A stretch of DNA of 12,634 nucleotides, from assembly GCA_001563335.1 (NCBI GenBank), contig LRSL01000097.1, positions 1-12,634 on the forward strand, given 5' to 3'. Below the pieces are notes generated by a model. That model was not told the origin of the DNA, ran no database searches, and saw only the letters and a list, made by a program, of their open reading frames with translations. Positions 1 to 7,716 of the stretch are shown here, one piece after another. The stretch is from Candidatus Thorarchaeota archaeon SMTZ1-45 (lineage in GTDB: Archaea > Asgardarchaeota > Thorarchaeia > Thorarchaeales > Thorarchaeaceae). The translations under genes and the position numbers were made by a program. The first letter of the stretch is position 1. Each line of letters starts with the position of its first letter.

Positions 1-53
1 CATTTGGAGTCTTTGAGTGGTTAGTTCGGGTCCAACAAACAAAGGATGCATGA
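1..53 (+). CDS. Possible 3' end of an upstream gene (partial, ...FGVFEWLVRVQQTKDA*)
   Basis: Frame starting at nt 3 is open from the window edge to TGA at 51-53, 3 nt before the next ATG, which is operon-like spacing. Too short to identify. Confidence 0.3.
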   Translation, partial: FGVFEWLVRVQQTKDA

Positions 54-56
54 ATT

Positions 57-626
57 ATGTTAGTAAGAACACACTTCTTTGATGAAGCATCTCCAATGCA
101 CACCGAAAGAGTCCTATCGATAGTAAGGAAGTTTCTTAATGAAAATCCCTCTATCGAACATATTGTTGCCGCAACAACCGAAGGTAGTACTGGTATTTCT
201 GCTGCTAAGGCGTTCTCAGATAGGAAAGTGGTTGTGGTATCACACCAAACAGGGTTTGTAGAAGAGAATAAGAATGAGCTAAAAGAGAATATCAGAATCC
301 AAATTGAGAAACTTGGGGCGAAGGTATTAACTGCAACTCATGCATTTGCAGGTGTTGCTCGAAGTATCAGAAAAGAATTGGGTACGTGGATGACAACTGA
401 AATCATAGCAGTTGCACTAAGAACATTTGGACAAGGTACAAAAGTCTGTGCGGAGATCGCTATGATGGCGGCGGACGCAGGTTTGGTTCCTGTCAACAAG
501 GATATTGTGTGCATTGCTGGAACCGGAAGAGGTGCTGATACTGCTTGGATAGTCCGACCAGCAAACTCTCATGCGTTTCCAAAACTAAAGATGAAAGCCT
601 GTCTTTGTAAACCTCTAGATTTCTAG
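57..626 (+). CDS. Pyruvate kinase C-terminal (alpha/beta) domain-like conserved protein, MTH1675/COG1751 type, function unknown
   Basis: Family-like motifs [63 protein letters not shown] and a CKP C-terminus; 189 aa. Confidence 0.85.
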   Translation: MLVRTHFFDEASPMHTERVLSIVRKFLNENPSIEHIVAATTEGSTGISAAKAFSDRKVVVVSHQTGFVEENKNELKENIRIQIEKLGAKVLTATHAFAGVARSIRKELGTWMTTEIIAVALRTFGQGTKVCAEIAMMAADAGLVPVNKDIVCIAGTGRGADTAWIVRPANSHAFPKLKMKACLCKPLDF

Positions 627-1663
627 TTGAAGATATCATCGAACTTGGAAAGATATTCTCTCTGCTCTTTGTTGAGTTTCTGAGGGACATGGATATTCAC
701 TCTTACAAGTTGGTCTCCACTCCGACCATCTTCAGTGTGGACACCTTTGCCTTTCATCCGGAAAAGAGTGCCACCCTCAGTGCCTTGTTTCACCCTTATC
801 TTACTACTTCCCCACATGGTTGGAACTTCCACATCACCTCCAAGGACAGCAATTGAGTAAGTGATATTGGTTTCCATATAGATATGAAGACCTCTCCTAA
901 CAAAAGACTCATGAGGTTCAACTGAGAACATAAGAATTAGGTCACCAGGAGGACCACCTCGAGGACCAAAGTTACCTCCACCCTGAATGCGAATGCCTTG
1001 CCCATCTTCTATCCCAGGAGGAATGGGCACTGATGTTTCTTTCCGCTCTTCTTGGAGTCCTTCACCTCGACACTTAGGACATGGGGAATCGATTGATTCT
1101 CCAAGACCACCGCATGTAGGGCATGTCTGAGCAACACTCATGAAACCACCCATTGATCTAACGACTTGTCCTTGCCCATTGCATGTTCTGCATGTTGTGG
1201 GTGAAGTACCAGGTTTGGCTCCACTTCCACGGCAATTCTCGCAGCTGACCTTCCTTTTGAAAGCAATCTCTTTTTCAGTTCCAAAGAATGCTTCATCAAA
1301 GCTCAATTTAATCGTCATTCGCAATGTCTGACCAGGGGAAGGTCCTGCCCGTCCTCTACGTCCAAACCCAATGTCGCCAAATCCACCGAAGCCACGAAAT
1401 AGAGAACCAAAGAGGTCTCCAAATCCATCCATGTTAATCCCTTGAAAGTCTGCTGTACCATAGCGATCATAGTTTGCTCGTTTCTCAGAATCACTTAAAA
1501 CATCATAAGCTTCATTGATTCGTTTCAGTTTCTCCTCAGCACTTTTATCAGGGTTGCGATCTGGATGATACTCTTTGGCGAGTCGACGATATGCTTTCCT
1601 TATTTCATCTTGTGTCGCTTTACGGCTAACGCCCAGAATGTCATAGTAGTCATCTTCTGCCAA
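623..1663 (-). CDS. dnaJ: Chaperone DnaJ (class A Hsp40)
   Basis: J domain with HPD, G/F-rich linker, four CxxCxGxG repeats ([32 protein letters not shown]), C-terminal GDQLVRV; TTG start preceded by AGGTGAT; follows dnaK. Confidence 0.98.
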   Translation of the reverse strand: MAEDDYYDILGVSRKATQDEIRKAYRRLAKEYHPDRNPDKSAEEKLKRINEAYDVLSDSEKRANYDRYGTADFQGINMDGFGDLFGSLFRGFGGFGDIGFGRRGRAGPSPGQTLRMTIKLSFDEAFFGTEKEIAFKRKVSCENCRGSGAKPGTSPTTCRTCNGQGQVVRSMGGFMSVAQTCPTCGGLGESIDSPCPKCRGEGLQEERKETSVPIPPGIEDGQGIRIQGGGNFGPRGGPPGDLILMFSVEPHESFVRRGLHIYMETNITYSIAVLGGDVEVPTMWGSSKIRVKQGTEGGTLFRMKGKGVHTEDGRSGDQLVRVNIHVPQKLNKEQREYLSKFDDIFN

Positions 1664-1668
1664 AGAGT

Positions 1669-1675
1669 ATCACCT
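1669..1675 (-). promoter_or_regulatory. Ribosome-binding site for dnaJ (AGGTGAT)
   Basis: Minus strand reads cAGGTGATactctTTG; archaeal-type Shine-Dalgarno supporting the TTG start. Confidence 0.75.
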
Positions 1676-1686
1676 GTTGAGAGATA

Positions 1687-3576
1687 TTATTCTAAATCCT
1701 CGAAATCAACATCAACAACATCTTCGTCATCTTCTTTTGACGCTTGTTTAGATGGTGAACCAGTTGCTCCAGCACCAGCCATTGTACTTGGGTCAAATCC
1801 AGCAGAGTCAGGTCCAGCAGGTCCAGGGCCAGCACTTGCATAGACCTTCTCGGAAATCTTGTAAATTATCTGCTGCAGTTCATCTGTACCGGATTTCATT
1901 TTCTCAAGATTGTCAGTTTCAATTGCTCTCTGCAATTCAGCGGCTTTTGTTTCGAACTCTTTCTTGAGGTCTTTAGGAACTTTATCACCCAAGTCTTTGA
2001 TAAGTTTCTGACCTTGGTAGATAATCTGGTCAGCATTGTTTCTTGTTTGAACTGCATCCTGACGCTTAGCATCTTCCTCTGCATATTTCTCTGCATCCTT
2101 CACCATTCGTTCAATATCTTGGTCAGAAAGATTGGTTGTTGCAGTTATTGTAATAGATTGCTCATTGCCTGTTGCTGTGTCTTTAGCTTTGACGTTAACT
2201 ATCCCATTGGCATCTATATCAAAAGTTACCTCAATCTGAGGTGTTGCTCGGGGAGCGGGAGGAATGCCAACAAGCTGAAATCGTCCCAAGGTCATATTAT
2301 CAGCAACCATCTTTCGCTCACCTTGAACAACATGAATATCTACAGCTGTTTGACCATCAGCTGCAGTTGTGAACATCTTGCTTTTTCTGGTTGGAACAGT
2401 TGTGTTGCGTTCGATGAGTGGTGTAGCAATGCCACCCAAAGTTTCAATGCTTAGAGTGAGTGGAGTGACATCCAATAGAAGAATGTCTTTGACCTCTCCA
2501 GACAAGACTCCTGCTTGGGCTGCTGCACCAAGAGCTACACATTCATCTGGATTAATGCTCTTGTCACCTTCTTTCCCGAACAAATCACGTATAACATTCT
2601 GAATCATTGGCATACGTGTTGCTCCACCTACAAGGAGAATCTTATTGATTTGTTCGGGTTCAAGTTTTGCATCTGCAAGGGCTTGTCTAATTGGACCAAT
2701 AGTGGCATCAACCAAATCATCAGTCATCTTCTCCAGTTGAGATCGTGTGATATCCAGATTGAGGTGTTTGGCACCACTTGCATCAGCTGTGATATACGGT
2801 AGGTTAATGTTTGTTTTCATAACTGTTGAGAGTTCAATCTTTGCTTGTTCAGCAGCATCGCGGACTCTTTGCATCGCAGAGAGATCCTTGGTCAAATCAA
2901 CACCAGTTTGATTTTTGAACTCATCAACCATCCAATCGATTATTCGTTTGTCCCAATCATCCCCGCCAAGTTGTGTGTTTCCACTAGTTGAAAGTACTTC
3001 GTACACAACTTCACCTTCGACTGCTCCAATGTCTAAGATTGAAACATCAAATGTTCCTCCACCAAGGTCATAGACTAAGACCTTAACATCCTTGCTTTTA
3101 TCAAGACCATAAGCTAAGGCTGAAGCAGTGGGTTCATTCACAATCCGTTCAACTTCAAATCCCGCAATCCGTCCAGCATCTTTTGTGGCTTGCCTTTGAC
3201 TATCATTGAAATACGCAGGAACTGTAATTACTGCTTTTTCAATTGATTCTCCAAGAAATGCTTCCGCATCATTTTTCATCTTTTTCAAGATCATAGCAGA
3301 TATTTCCTGAGGAGTGTATTCCTTATCGCCAATTTTTACATTGTAGTCTTGACCCATCTTTCGTTTTATTGATCGAACAGTTCGGTCGGGCATTGATATT
3401 GCCTGTCTTTTCGCTAACTCTCCAACAATGATTTCACCATTTGGAGTAATACCAACAACTGATGGAGTCAATCTTTTTCCTTCGTCATTTGGAATTATGG
3501 TTGGTTTTCCACCCTCCATATAGGCAATACCACTATTTGTAGTACCCAAGTCTATACCGACTATCTTTCCTGCCAT
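1687..3576 (-). CDS. dnaK: Chaperone DnaK (Hsp70)
   Basis: [46 protein letters not shown], linker [10 protein letters not shown], acidic tail [11 protein letters not shown]; 629 aa. Confidence 0.99.
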   Translation of the reverse strand: MAGKIVGIDLGTTNSGIAYMEGGKPTIIPNDEGKRLTPSVVGITPNGEIIVGELAKRQAISMPDRTVRSIKRKMGQDYNVKIGDKEYTPQEISAMILKKMKNDAEAFLGESIEKAVITVPAYFNDSQRQATKDAGRIAGFEVERIVNEPTASALAYGLDKSKDVKVLVYDLGGGTFDVSILDIGAVEGEVVYEVLSTSGNTQLGGDDWDKRIIDWMVDEFKNQTGVDLTKDLSAMQRVRDAAEQAKIELSTVMKTNINLPYITADASGAKHLNLDITRSQLEKMTDDLVDATIGPIRQALADAKLEPEQINKILLVGGATRMPMIQNVIRDLFGKEGDKSINPDECVALGAAAQAGVLSGEVKDILLLDVTPLTLSIETLGGIATPLIERNTTVPTRKSKMFTTAADGQTAVDIHVVQGERKMVADNMTLGRFQLVGIPPAPRATPQIEVTFDIDANGIVNVKAKDTATGNEQSITITATTNLSDQDIERMVKDAEKYAEEDAKRQDAVQTRNNADQIIYQGQKLIKDLGDKVPKDLKKEFETKAAELQRAIETDNLEKMKSGTDELQQIIYKISEKVYASAGPGPAGPDSAGFDPSTMAGAGATGSPSKQASKEDDEDVVDVDFEDLE

Positions 3577-3578
3577 TT

Positions 3579-4193
3579 CTATTCACCACTTTCCATTTCA
3601 ACATCTGTATCTTCATCATTATCAACATCGACAGTAGGAACCTTGTGACGATTCACACAGACCACTGCAGGACGCAAGACCCTTTCTTTCAACATGTAAC
3701 CTCTTTGGTATTCCTCCAGTATTTCACCATCAGGTTTGTCTGGATCATGTACTCTTTGTACAGCATGCTGATAATAGGGGTCAAACTGAGTTCCAATTGA
3801 CTCTATTGGACGAACACCTTCCATGCTTAATACCTTGTTAATCTGCTGCTCAATTGCACTTATACCATCTTTTGCAGCTTGTGGATCGTCTGTGAAATCC
3901 ATCTCAAGGGCTCTTAGAATGTTATCATAAATATCAAGGACTTTCACAAGAATTTCTTCACTAGCAAATTTAGTTACCTCAGAAAATCGTGCATCCATTC
4001 GCTTACGATAGTTTTCAAATTCTGCTTGCAGCCTCTGAAGTTTATCTAAAAGCTCTTTTGATCTTTGGCATTCGACATCCAGTTGTGTGTGAAGGGGATC
4101 CTCTGGAGAAAGTTCGATGATATCATTTTCCTCTAAATCATTGTCTGATAGGTCTAATTCTACTTCATGACCCTTCTCGTTGTCTTCATGCAT
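3579..4193 (-). CDS. grpE: Nucleotide exchange factor GrpE
   Basis: [47 protein letters not shown]. Start uncertain: ATG 4193 chosen (GTGA 7 nt upstream, acidic N-terminus); ATG 4217 and 4241 are in-frame alternatives. Confidence 0.95.
   Translation of the reverse strand: MHEDNEKGHEVELDLSDNDLEENDIIELSPEDPLHTQLDVECQRSKELLDKLQRLQAEFENYRKRMDARFSEVTKFASEEILVKVLDIYDNILRALEMDFTDDPQAAKDGISAIEQQINKVLSMEGVRPIESIGTQFDPYYQHAVQRVHDPDKPDGEILEEYQRGYMLKERVLRPAVVCVNRHKVPTVDVDNDEDTDVEMESGE
3583..3587 (-). promoter_or_regulatory. Ribosome-binding site for dnaK (GGTGA) inside the grpE 3' end
   Basis: Minus strand reads GGTGAaTAGaaATG; the grpE stop is 2 nt before the dnaK start. Confidence 0.7.
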
Positions 4194-4249
4194 TCCTCGG
4201 TCACACTGCCTATTCATAGTATTGACTGACTGACAAATCATACAGAAAG

Positions 4250-4276
4250 GTGTCGTAAAAGGGACACTGATTTAAT
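4250..4276 (-). promoter_or_regulatory. Candidate grpE-dnaK-dnaJ promoter: TATA-like TTAAAT followed by a GTGTC-N8-GACAC inverted repeat
   Basis: Minus strand ATTAAAT (4276-4270) then cagtgtcccttttacgacac; arms at 4250-4254 and 4263-4267. Confidence 0.35.
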
Positions 4277-4397
4277 GGTTCAGCTCCCCTTGGTGACTCG
4301 GGCGAACTCATTGTTATCCAAAGAAAAACTTTTCGAATTAGCAATATTTGATGAAACCGAAAATAAAATCAATGGGAGTTAATAGATAACAATCAAT

Positions 4398-5174
4398 ATG
4401 CCAAATTCTGATGCCCTTGAATATGCAAAACAGCTTGTTGCTCAAAGTAAGAAAATTACTGCATTTACTGGTGCAGGAATTAGTGTTGATTCCGGTATCC
4501 CTGACTTCCGATCTGAGGGAGGACTATGGGAACGATATGACCCTCATGAATATGCAACTATTGAGAGCTTTATGCAAAACCCCACAAAATTCTGGACAAT
4601 GGGAAGGGAAATTGCTGAAACAATTCTGAGAGCTCAACCAAATGCAGCTCACAAAGCCTTGGCAAACCTTGAATCTGATGGAAAGCTGGTTGGGGTAATC
4701 ACGCAAAATATCGATAATTTGCACCAGGCCGCAGGGAATAAACTTGTAGTGGAACTTCATGGTAATTATCTACGTGCTTATTGTATCGAGTGCAATATGG
4801 AGTATGTTGGTGATAGAATTCATCAAAGTGTAGTTAATGGAGAGATTCCACCTAAATGTGAGAAGTGTAATGGTGTCCTTAAATCGGAAGCTATTCTTTT
4901 TGGTGAGCCTTTACCTGAGGTGGCAATGACAAAAGCAATTGAAATGTGTCGTAAAACTGATCTAATGCTTGTTATCGGAACAAGTCTCTCTGTTTATCCA
5001 GCAGCCTACTTACCACAACTCGCCAAGAATTCTGGTGCCAAGGTCATTCTAGTTAATCTTGAAGGAACAAACCGTGATTCCGTAGCAGATATAGTTCTAA
5101 GAGGACGAGCAACTGAAATCGTGCCCATAATTGTAGATTATCAGGGACCTATTGTATATCCGAACCAAGAATAG
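4398..5174 (+). CDS. cobB: NAD-dependent protein deacylase, Sir2/CobB family
   Basis: TGAGISVDSGIPDFR, PNAAH, TQNIDNLH, ELHG, Zn ribbon CIEC...CEKC, LFGE, IGTSL.VYPAA, VN. Confidence 0.95.
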   Translation: MPNSDALEYAKQLVAQSKKITAFTGAGISVDSGIPDFRSEGGLWERYDPHEYATIESFMQNPTKFWTMGREIAETILRAQPNAAHKALANLESDGKLVGVITQNIDNLHQAAGNKLVVELHGNYLRAYCIECNMEYVGDRIHQSVVNGEIPPKCEKCNGVLKSEAILFGEPLPEVAMTKAIEMCRKTDLMLVIGTSLSVYPAAYLPQLAKNSGAKVILVNLEGTNRDSVADIVLRGRATEIVPIIVDYQGPIVYPNQE

Positions 5175-5476
5175 ACTCCGATCACGCCTGGAATGACAAT
5201 CACTGAGAGGAAGACTGTGATAACTCCAAGGATGTACTGATTATTATCCATCATCCATAAACCGAGGTATGAGAAAGCATAAGAAATGACACATGTTGCA
5301 AATCCCAAAACAATGACAGGTGCAAGAGGTAGAGCGATGGCCAAGTATCCTCCAGCTTGAGACCATAAGACGCCTCCAATTCTCAAAATCACAAAAAACC
5401 CTCTGACAGCTAGATAGACAATAATTGATACAAAAATGCCTACATGAGAAAATTGCAAGCGTGCAGGAACAGTCAT
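5141..5476 (-). CDS. Hypothetical membrane protein (about 3 TM helices)
   Basis: 111-aa ORF with three long hydrophobic stretches, filling the space between the sirtuin and the CitG-like gene; 34-bp convergent overlap with the sirtuin 3' end. Confidence 0.7.
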   Translation of the reverse strand: MTVPARLQFSHVGIFVSIIVYLAVRGFFVILRIGGVLWSQAGGYLAIALPLAPVIVLGFATCVISYAFSYLGLWMMDNNQYILGVITVFLSVIVIPGVIGVYSWFGYTIGP

Positions 5477-5574
5477 ATTGGATTCAGCACAGTATTGTTA
5501 TTAGTCCCTTTTTACGCTTTCTAAGTTGGACAATTTGAAAGTCTAAATCGGATGAAGGAACTCGTGAAAATTCA

Positions 5575-6552
5575 ATGAAAAGTACTTCTTGGAGACTTGC
5601 TAGCATAGGGCAATTATCAATTCTTCTAGAAGCGAGTTCACCAAAGCCAGGAAACGTAAATAGGCAATTTGGATTCTCAGATACTGATTACAGACATTTT
5701 CTTGCTAGTGCTTCATTGATAGGAAGAGGTCTTCATTCAAGCGCCATGAAAGGAGAGGCTCTTGCAGAGGAAAAGATAAGTCCCCAAGAATTAAAGATCG
5801 GAGAATTGATTCATCTAAGTGCTCTAGATACATTTACAGGTATCAATAAACGAAATACTATCCTTGGAACCATTTTACTATATATTCCACTTGTTGTTGC
5901 AACGAGTTCAGTAATAACCGTTGATGGAAATTTCTCAACAAAAGAAGCGCAAAAATGGTTGAGTCAGATCATTGAAAACACATCAGTTGAAGACTGTTTG
6001 AATCTATACGAGGCATTTCATCTTGCGAGAACTACAAATCCGAGAGTTGAGAGCTCAGCTAGTTGGACAGAAACTCATAGTAGATATGACATTGATAATC
6101 CGAAGGTAATGGACAATATTGTTGAGGACGGACTCACACTCTATGAACTTTTCAAGTTATCAGCTGATGTTGATGAAATCAGTAGTGAATGGGCAAACAA
6201 CTTTTCACTGATACTGAATCAGGTCTTTCCCTATCTCGATAAGATAGCGGACAATCTTGAGAATCTCGAGGAGGGAATTGTACAAACATTTGTTTGGCTA
6301 CTTTCGCTGCGCCCTGATGGGCTCATTGCGAAAAAAGCTGGTAAGAAACAGGCGGAGATAGTCCGTAGACTTGCTGAAAGAACAATGAAAGCTTGGAATC
6401 AGGATACAGGTTCACTCGAGCTGATGAAGAAGCTGGATGATGAATTGAGGAAGGAAGGAAACCTCCTGAATCCGGGAACAACTGCAGATTTAGTGTCTGC
6501 AGGTATTTTCTGTAAACTTGTTACTCTTGATTTTTCAAAGGATTCACCCTAG
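5575..6552 (+). CDS. citG: Triphosphoribosyl-dephospho-CoA synthase (CitG) family protein, archaeal type
   Basis: LEASSPKPGNV, NTILG..LLY.PL, PDGLIAKKAG, D..LR....LNPGTTADL motifs; 325 aa. Confidence 0.85.
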   Translation: MKSTSWRLASIGQLSILLEASSPKPGNVNRQFGFSDTDYRHFLASASLIGRGLHSSAMKGEALAEEKISPQELKIGELIHLSALDTFTGINKRNTILGTILLYIPLVVATSSVITVDGNFSTKEAQKWLSQIIENTSVEDCLNLYEAFHLARTTNPRVESSASWTETHSRYDIDNPKVMDNIVEDGLTLYELFKLSADVDEISSEWANNFSLILNQVFPYLDKIADNLENLEEGIVQTFVWLLSLRPDGLIAKKAGKKQAEIVRRLAERTMKAWNQDTGSLELMKKLDDELRKEGNLLNPGTTADLVSAGIFCKLVTLDFSKDSP

Positions 6553-6729
6553 AATCCCACTATACACGACTAATGCTAATATAAAGAGTAATGCTGCTGA
6601 TGGAATAAGCAGTACCATACCCTCTTGGCGTTTTCTTAATCGGACTTCATTTCTCGGACCCAAATAGTATGCCATTAGAAGAATTACTCCAAGAATGACA
6701 AAGAAAATCGCGAGTCCCTCATGAGCCAT
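6544..6729 (-). CDS. Small hypothetical membrane protein (2 TM helices with a basic loop)
   Basis: LAIFFVILGVILLMAYYL - GPRNEVRLRKRQEG - MVLLIPSAALLFILALVVY; AGTGAT RBS-like motif 5 nt before the ATG. Confidence 0.75.
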   Translation of the reverse strand: MAHEGLAIFFVILGVILLMAYYLGPRNEVRLRKRQEGMVLLIPSAALLFILALVVYSGILG

Positions 6730-6818
6730 ATAATATCACTTGTCAAATCGAATTTTCTCATAGTTATTAAAGTAGTTATAATAGAATCTTGAATTATCTT
6801 AGATGAATTGGAATCTCA

Positions 6819-6862
6819 ATTCCACTTTTTGACATGATACAGATGTCATAATAAGTGGGAAT
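6819..6862 (-). terminator. Imperfect stem-loop directly after the wHTH stop codon; possible terminator or operator
   Basis: CCACTT (6822-6827) pairs with AAGTGG (6853-6858), enclosing TGACAT (6830-6835) / ATGTCA (6843-6848). Confidence 0.3.
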
Positions 6863-7129
6863 CTAAACAAGAACCTGCCTGAAGACGTGTTCAAACCGCA
6901 TCCGGAGTTCTCTTGCACGCTCCATATCAGCAGCATATAGAGGTTGACGCATATCAGTGAGGTTTGGTATTTTTTTACACAGTTTTTGACCCATTAATTT
7001 TCTCAGTGCAAAACTGACTGTTCGAGGTGCTAGATCAACCCTACTGCTAATGTCCTTTGGCGTCATTGGACCTTCAGTCGTTAGCCTGTCCAGGACGATT
7101 ATTGCACTGCGTGGTAGTTCGATGGACAT
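6863..7129 (-). CDS. Small winged helix-turn-helix DNA-binding protein (archaeal MarR/ArsR-like), paralog A
   Basis: LPRSAIIVL..L..EGPMTPKDI...V.LAPRTVSFALRKL helix-turn-helix and PNLTDMRQPLY wing; GGGGATGG upstream. Confidence 0.85.
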   Translation of the reverse strand: MSIELPRSAIIVLDRLTTEGPMTPKDISSRVDLAPRTVSFALRKLMGQKLCKKIPNLTDMRQPLYAADMERARELRMRFEHVFRQVLV

Positions 7130-7174
7130 CTAGACTATACCATCCCCTAATTGGTGGATCTTTCTGTTCCCACC

Positions 7175-7199
7175 TATTAATTATACGGAATAATTAATA
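7175..7199. promoter_or_regulatory. Perfect inverted repeat TATTAATTAT-N5-ATAATTAATA; candidate operator
   Basis: Arms at 7175-7184 and 7190-7199 are exact reverse complements. Confidence 0.55.
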
Positions 7200-7220
7200 A
7201 ACAAACGGTTTACAGCAGTC

Positions 7221-7232
7221 AAATATATTTAA
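7221..7232 (-). promoter_or_regulatory. Candidate TATA box for wHTH paralog A (TTAAATATATTT)
   Basis: Minus strand cTTAAATATATTTga between the two palindromes; AAATATATTT is itself palindromic. No convincing BRE. Confidence 0.4.
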
Positions 7233-7236
7233 GAGT

Positions 7237-7258
7237 ATCTACTCAAAATTGAGTAGAT
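7237..7258. promoter_or_regulatory. Perfect inverted repeat ATCTACTCAA-AA-TTGAGTAGAT; candidate operator or hairpin
   Basis: Arms at 7237-7246 and 7249-7258 are exact reverse complements; 21 nt downstream of the paralog B stop. Confidence 0.55.
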
Positions 7259-7279
7259 TATATGAGATGTTCCTTTATG

Positions 7280-7582
7280 CTAACGAGTAAAGGAATGACC
7301 AGATGGTCTAAAGGAAGGTGGCATCTGAGAGATCTGGCCTGAGTCAAATCGAATTTGGAGTTCTCTGACTCGCTCCATGTCAATATGATAGATAGGCTGA
7401 CGCATATCAGCAAGGTTGGGTGTTTTTCTGATTACTTTCTCTCTGACCAATGTTCTAAGGGCAAAAGATATGGTTCGAGGTGCGAGACCGACTTTTTCGA
7501 TAAGAGCTTTTGGAGTCATGGGACCTTCATCTGCAAGTCTACCCAGAACTAGTATTGCACTATTTGGAAGCTCCAAAGACAT
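7280..7582 (-). CDS. Small winged helix-turn-helix DNA-binding protein, paralog B
   Basis: 51/79 identical to paralog A by hand alignment; ATG 7582 (MSLELP) aligns with MSIELP and has GTGAG upstream, so it is preferred to TTG 7588. Confidence 0.85.
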   Translation of the reverse strand: MSLELPNSAILVLGRLADEGPMTPKALIEKVGLAPRTISFALRTLVREKVIRKTPNLADMRQPIYHIDMERVRELQIRFDSGQISQMPPSFRPSGHSFTR

Positions 7583-7716
7583 CTGCAACTCACAATCCTA
7601 CTGCTTTCATAGCTCCGTTATTCGAATATAAGGAGTCTGTTCTCAGCATGATTATATCAAGTACTCCTCGATGGTAGGATTCAAGAGTTTGCCTTGATGA
7701 TTTCTTATTGAGAACC

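Noticed and set aside
51-59. In-frame TGA just before the PK_C-like ATG as possible selenocysteine read-through
   Set aside because: The downstream protein already appears full-length and no SECIS is recognisable; a normal upstream stop is simpler.
493-2802. Antisense and alternative-frame ORFs over PK_C-like, dnaJ and dnaK
   Set aside because: They shadow well-supported genes and contain no recognisable motifs.
4223-4234. (TGAC)3 microsatellite upstream of grpE
   Set aside because: Only three units; expected by chance, with no sign of phase variation.
4320-4350. CIRCE-like TTAGCA and eukaryotic HSE-like GAA/TTC
   Set aside because: No second CIRCE arm, and the spacing does not fit nGAAnnTTCn arrays.
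4398-5174. Sir2 as an anti-phage defence NADase (Thoeris/DSR type)
   Set aside because: Classical Zn-ribbon CobB architecture in a housekeeping context with no defence partners.
7594-7715. Several short inverted repeats between wHTH B and gyaR (AATCCTAC/GTAGGATT, TATTCGAATA, AGGAGT/ACTCCT)
   Set aside because: Short arms with irregular spacing and no match to the palindromes at 7175-7258; cannot be distinguished from chance.
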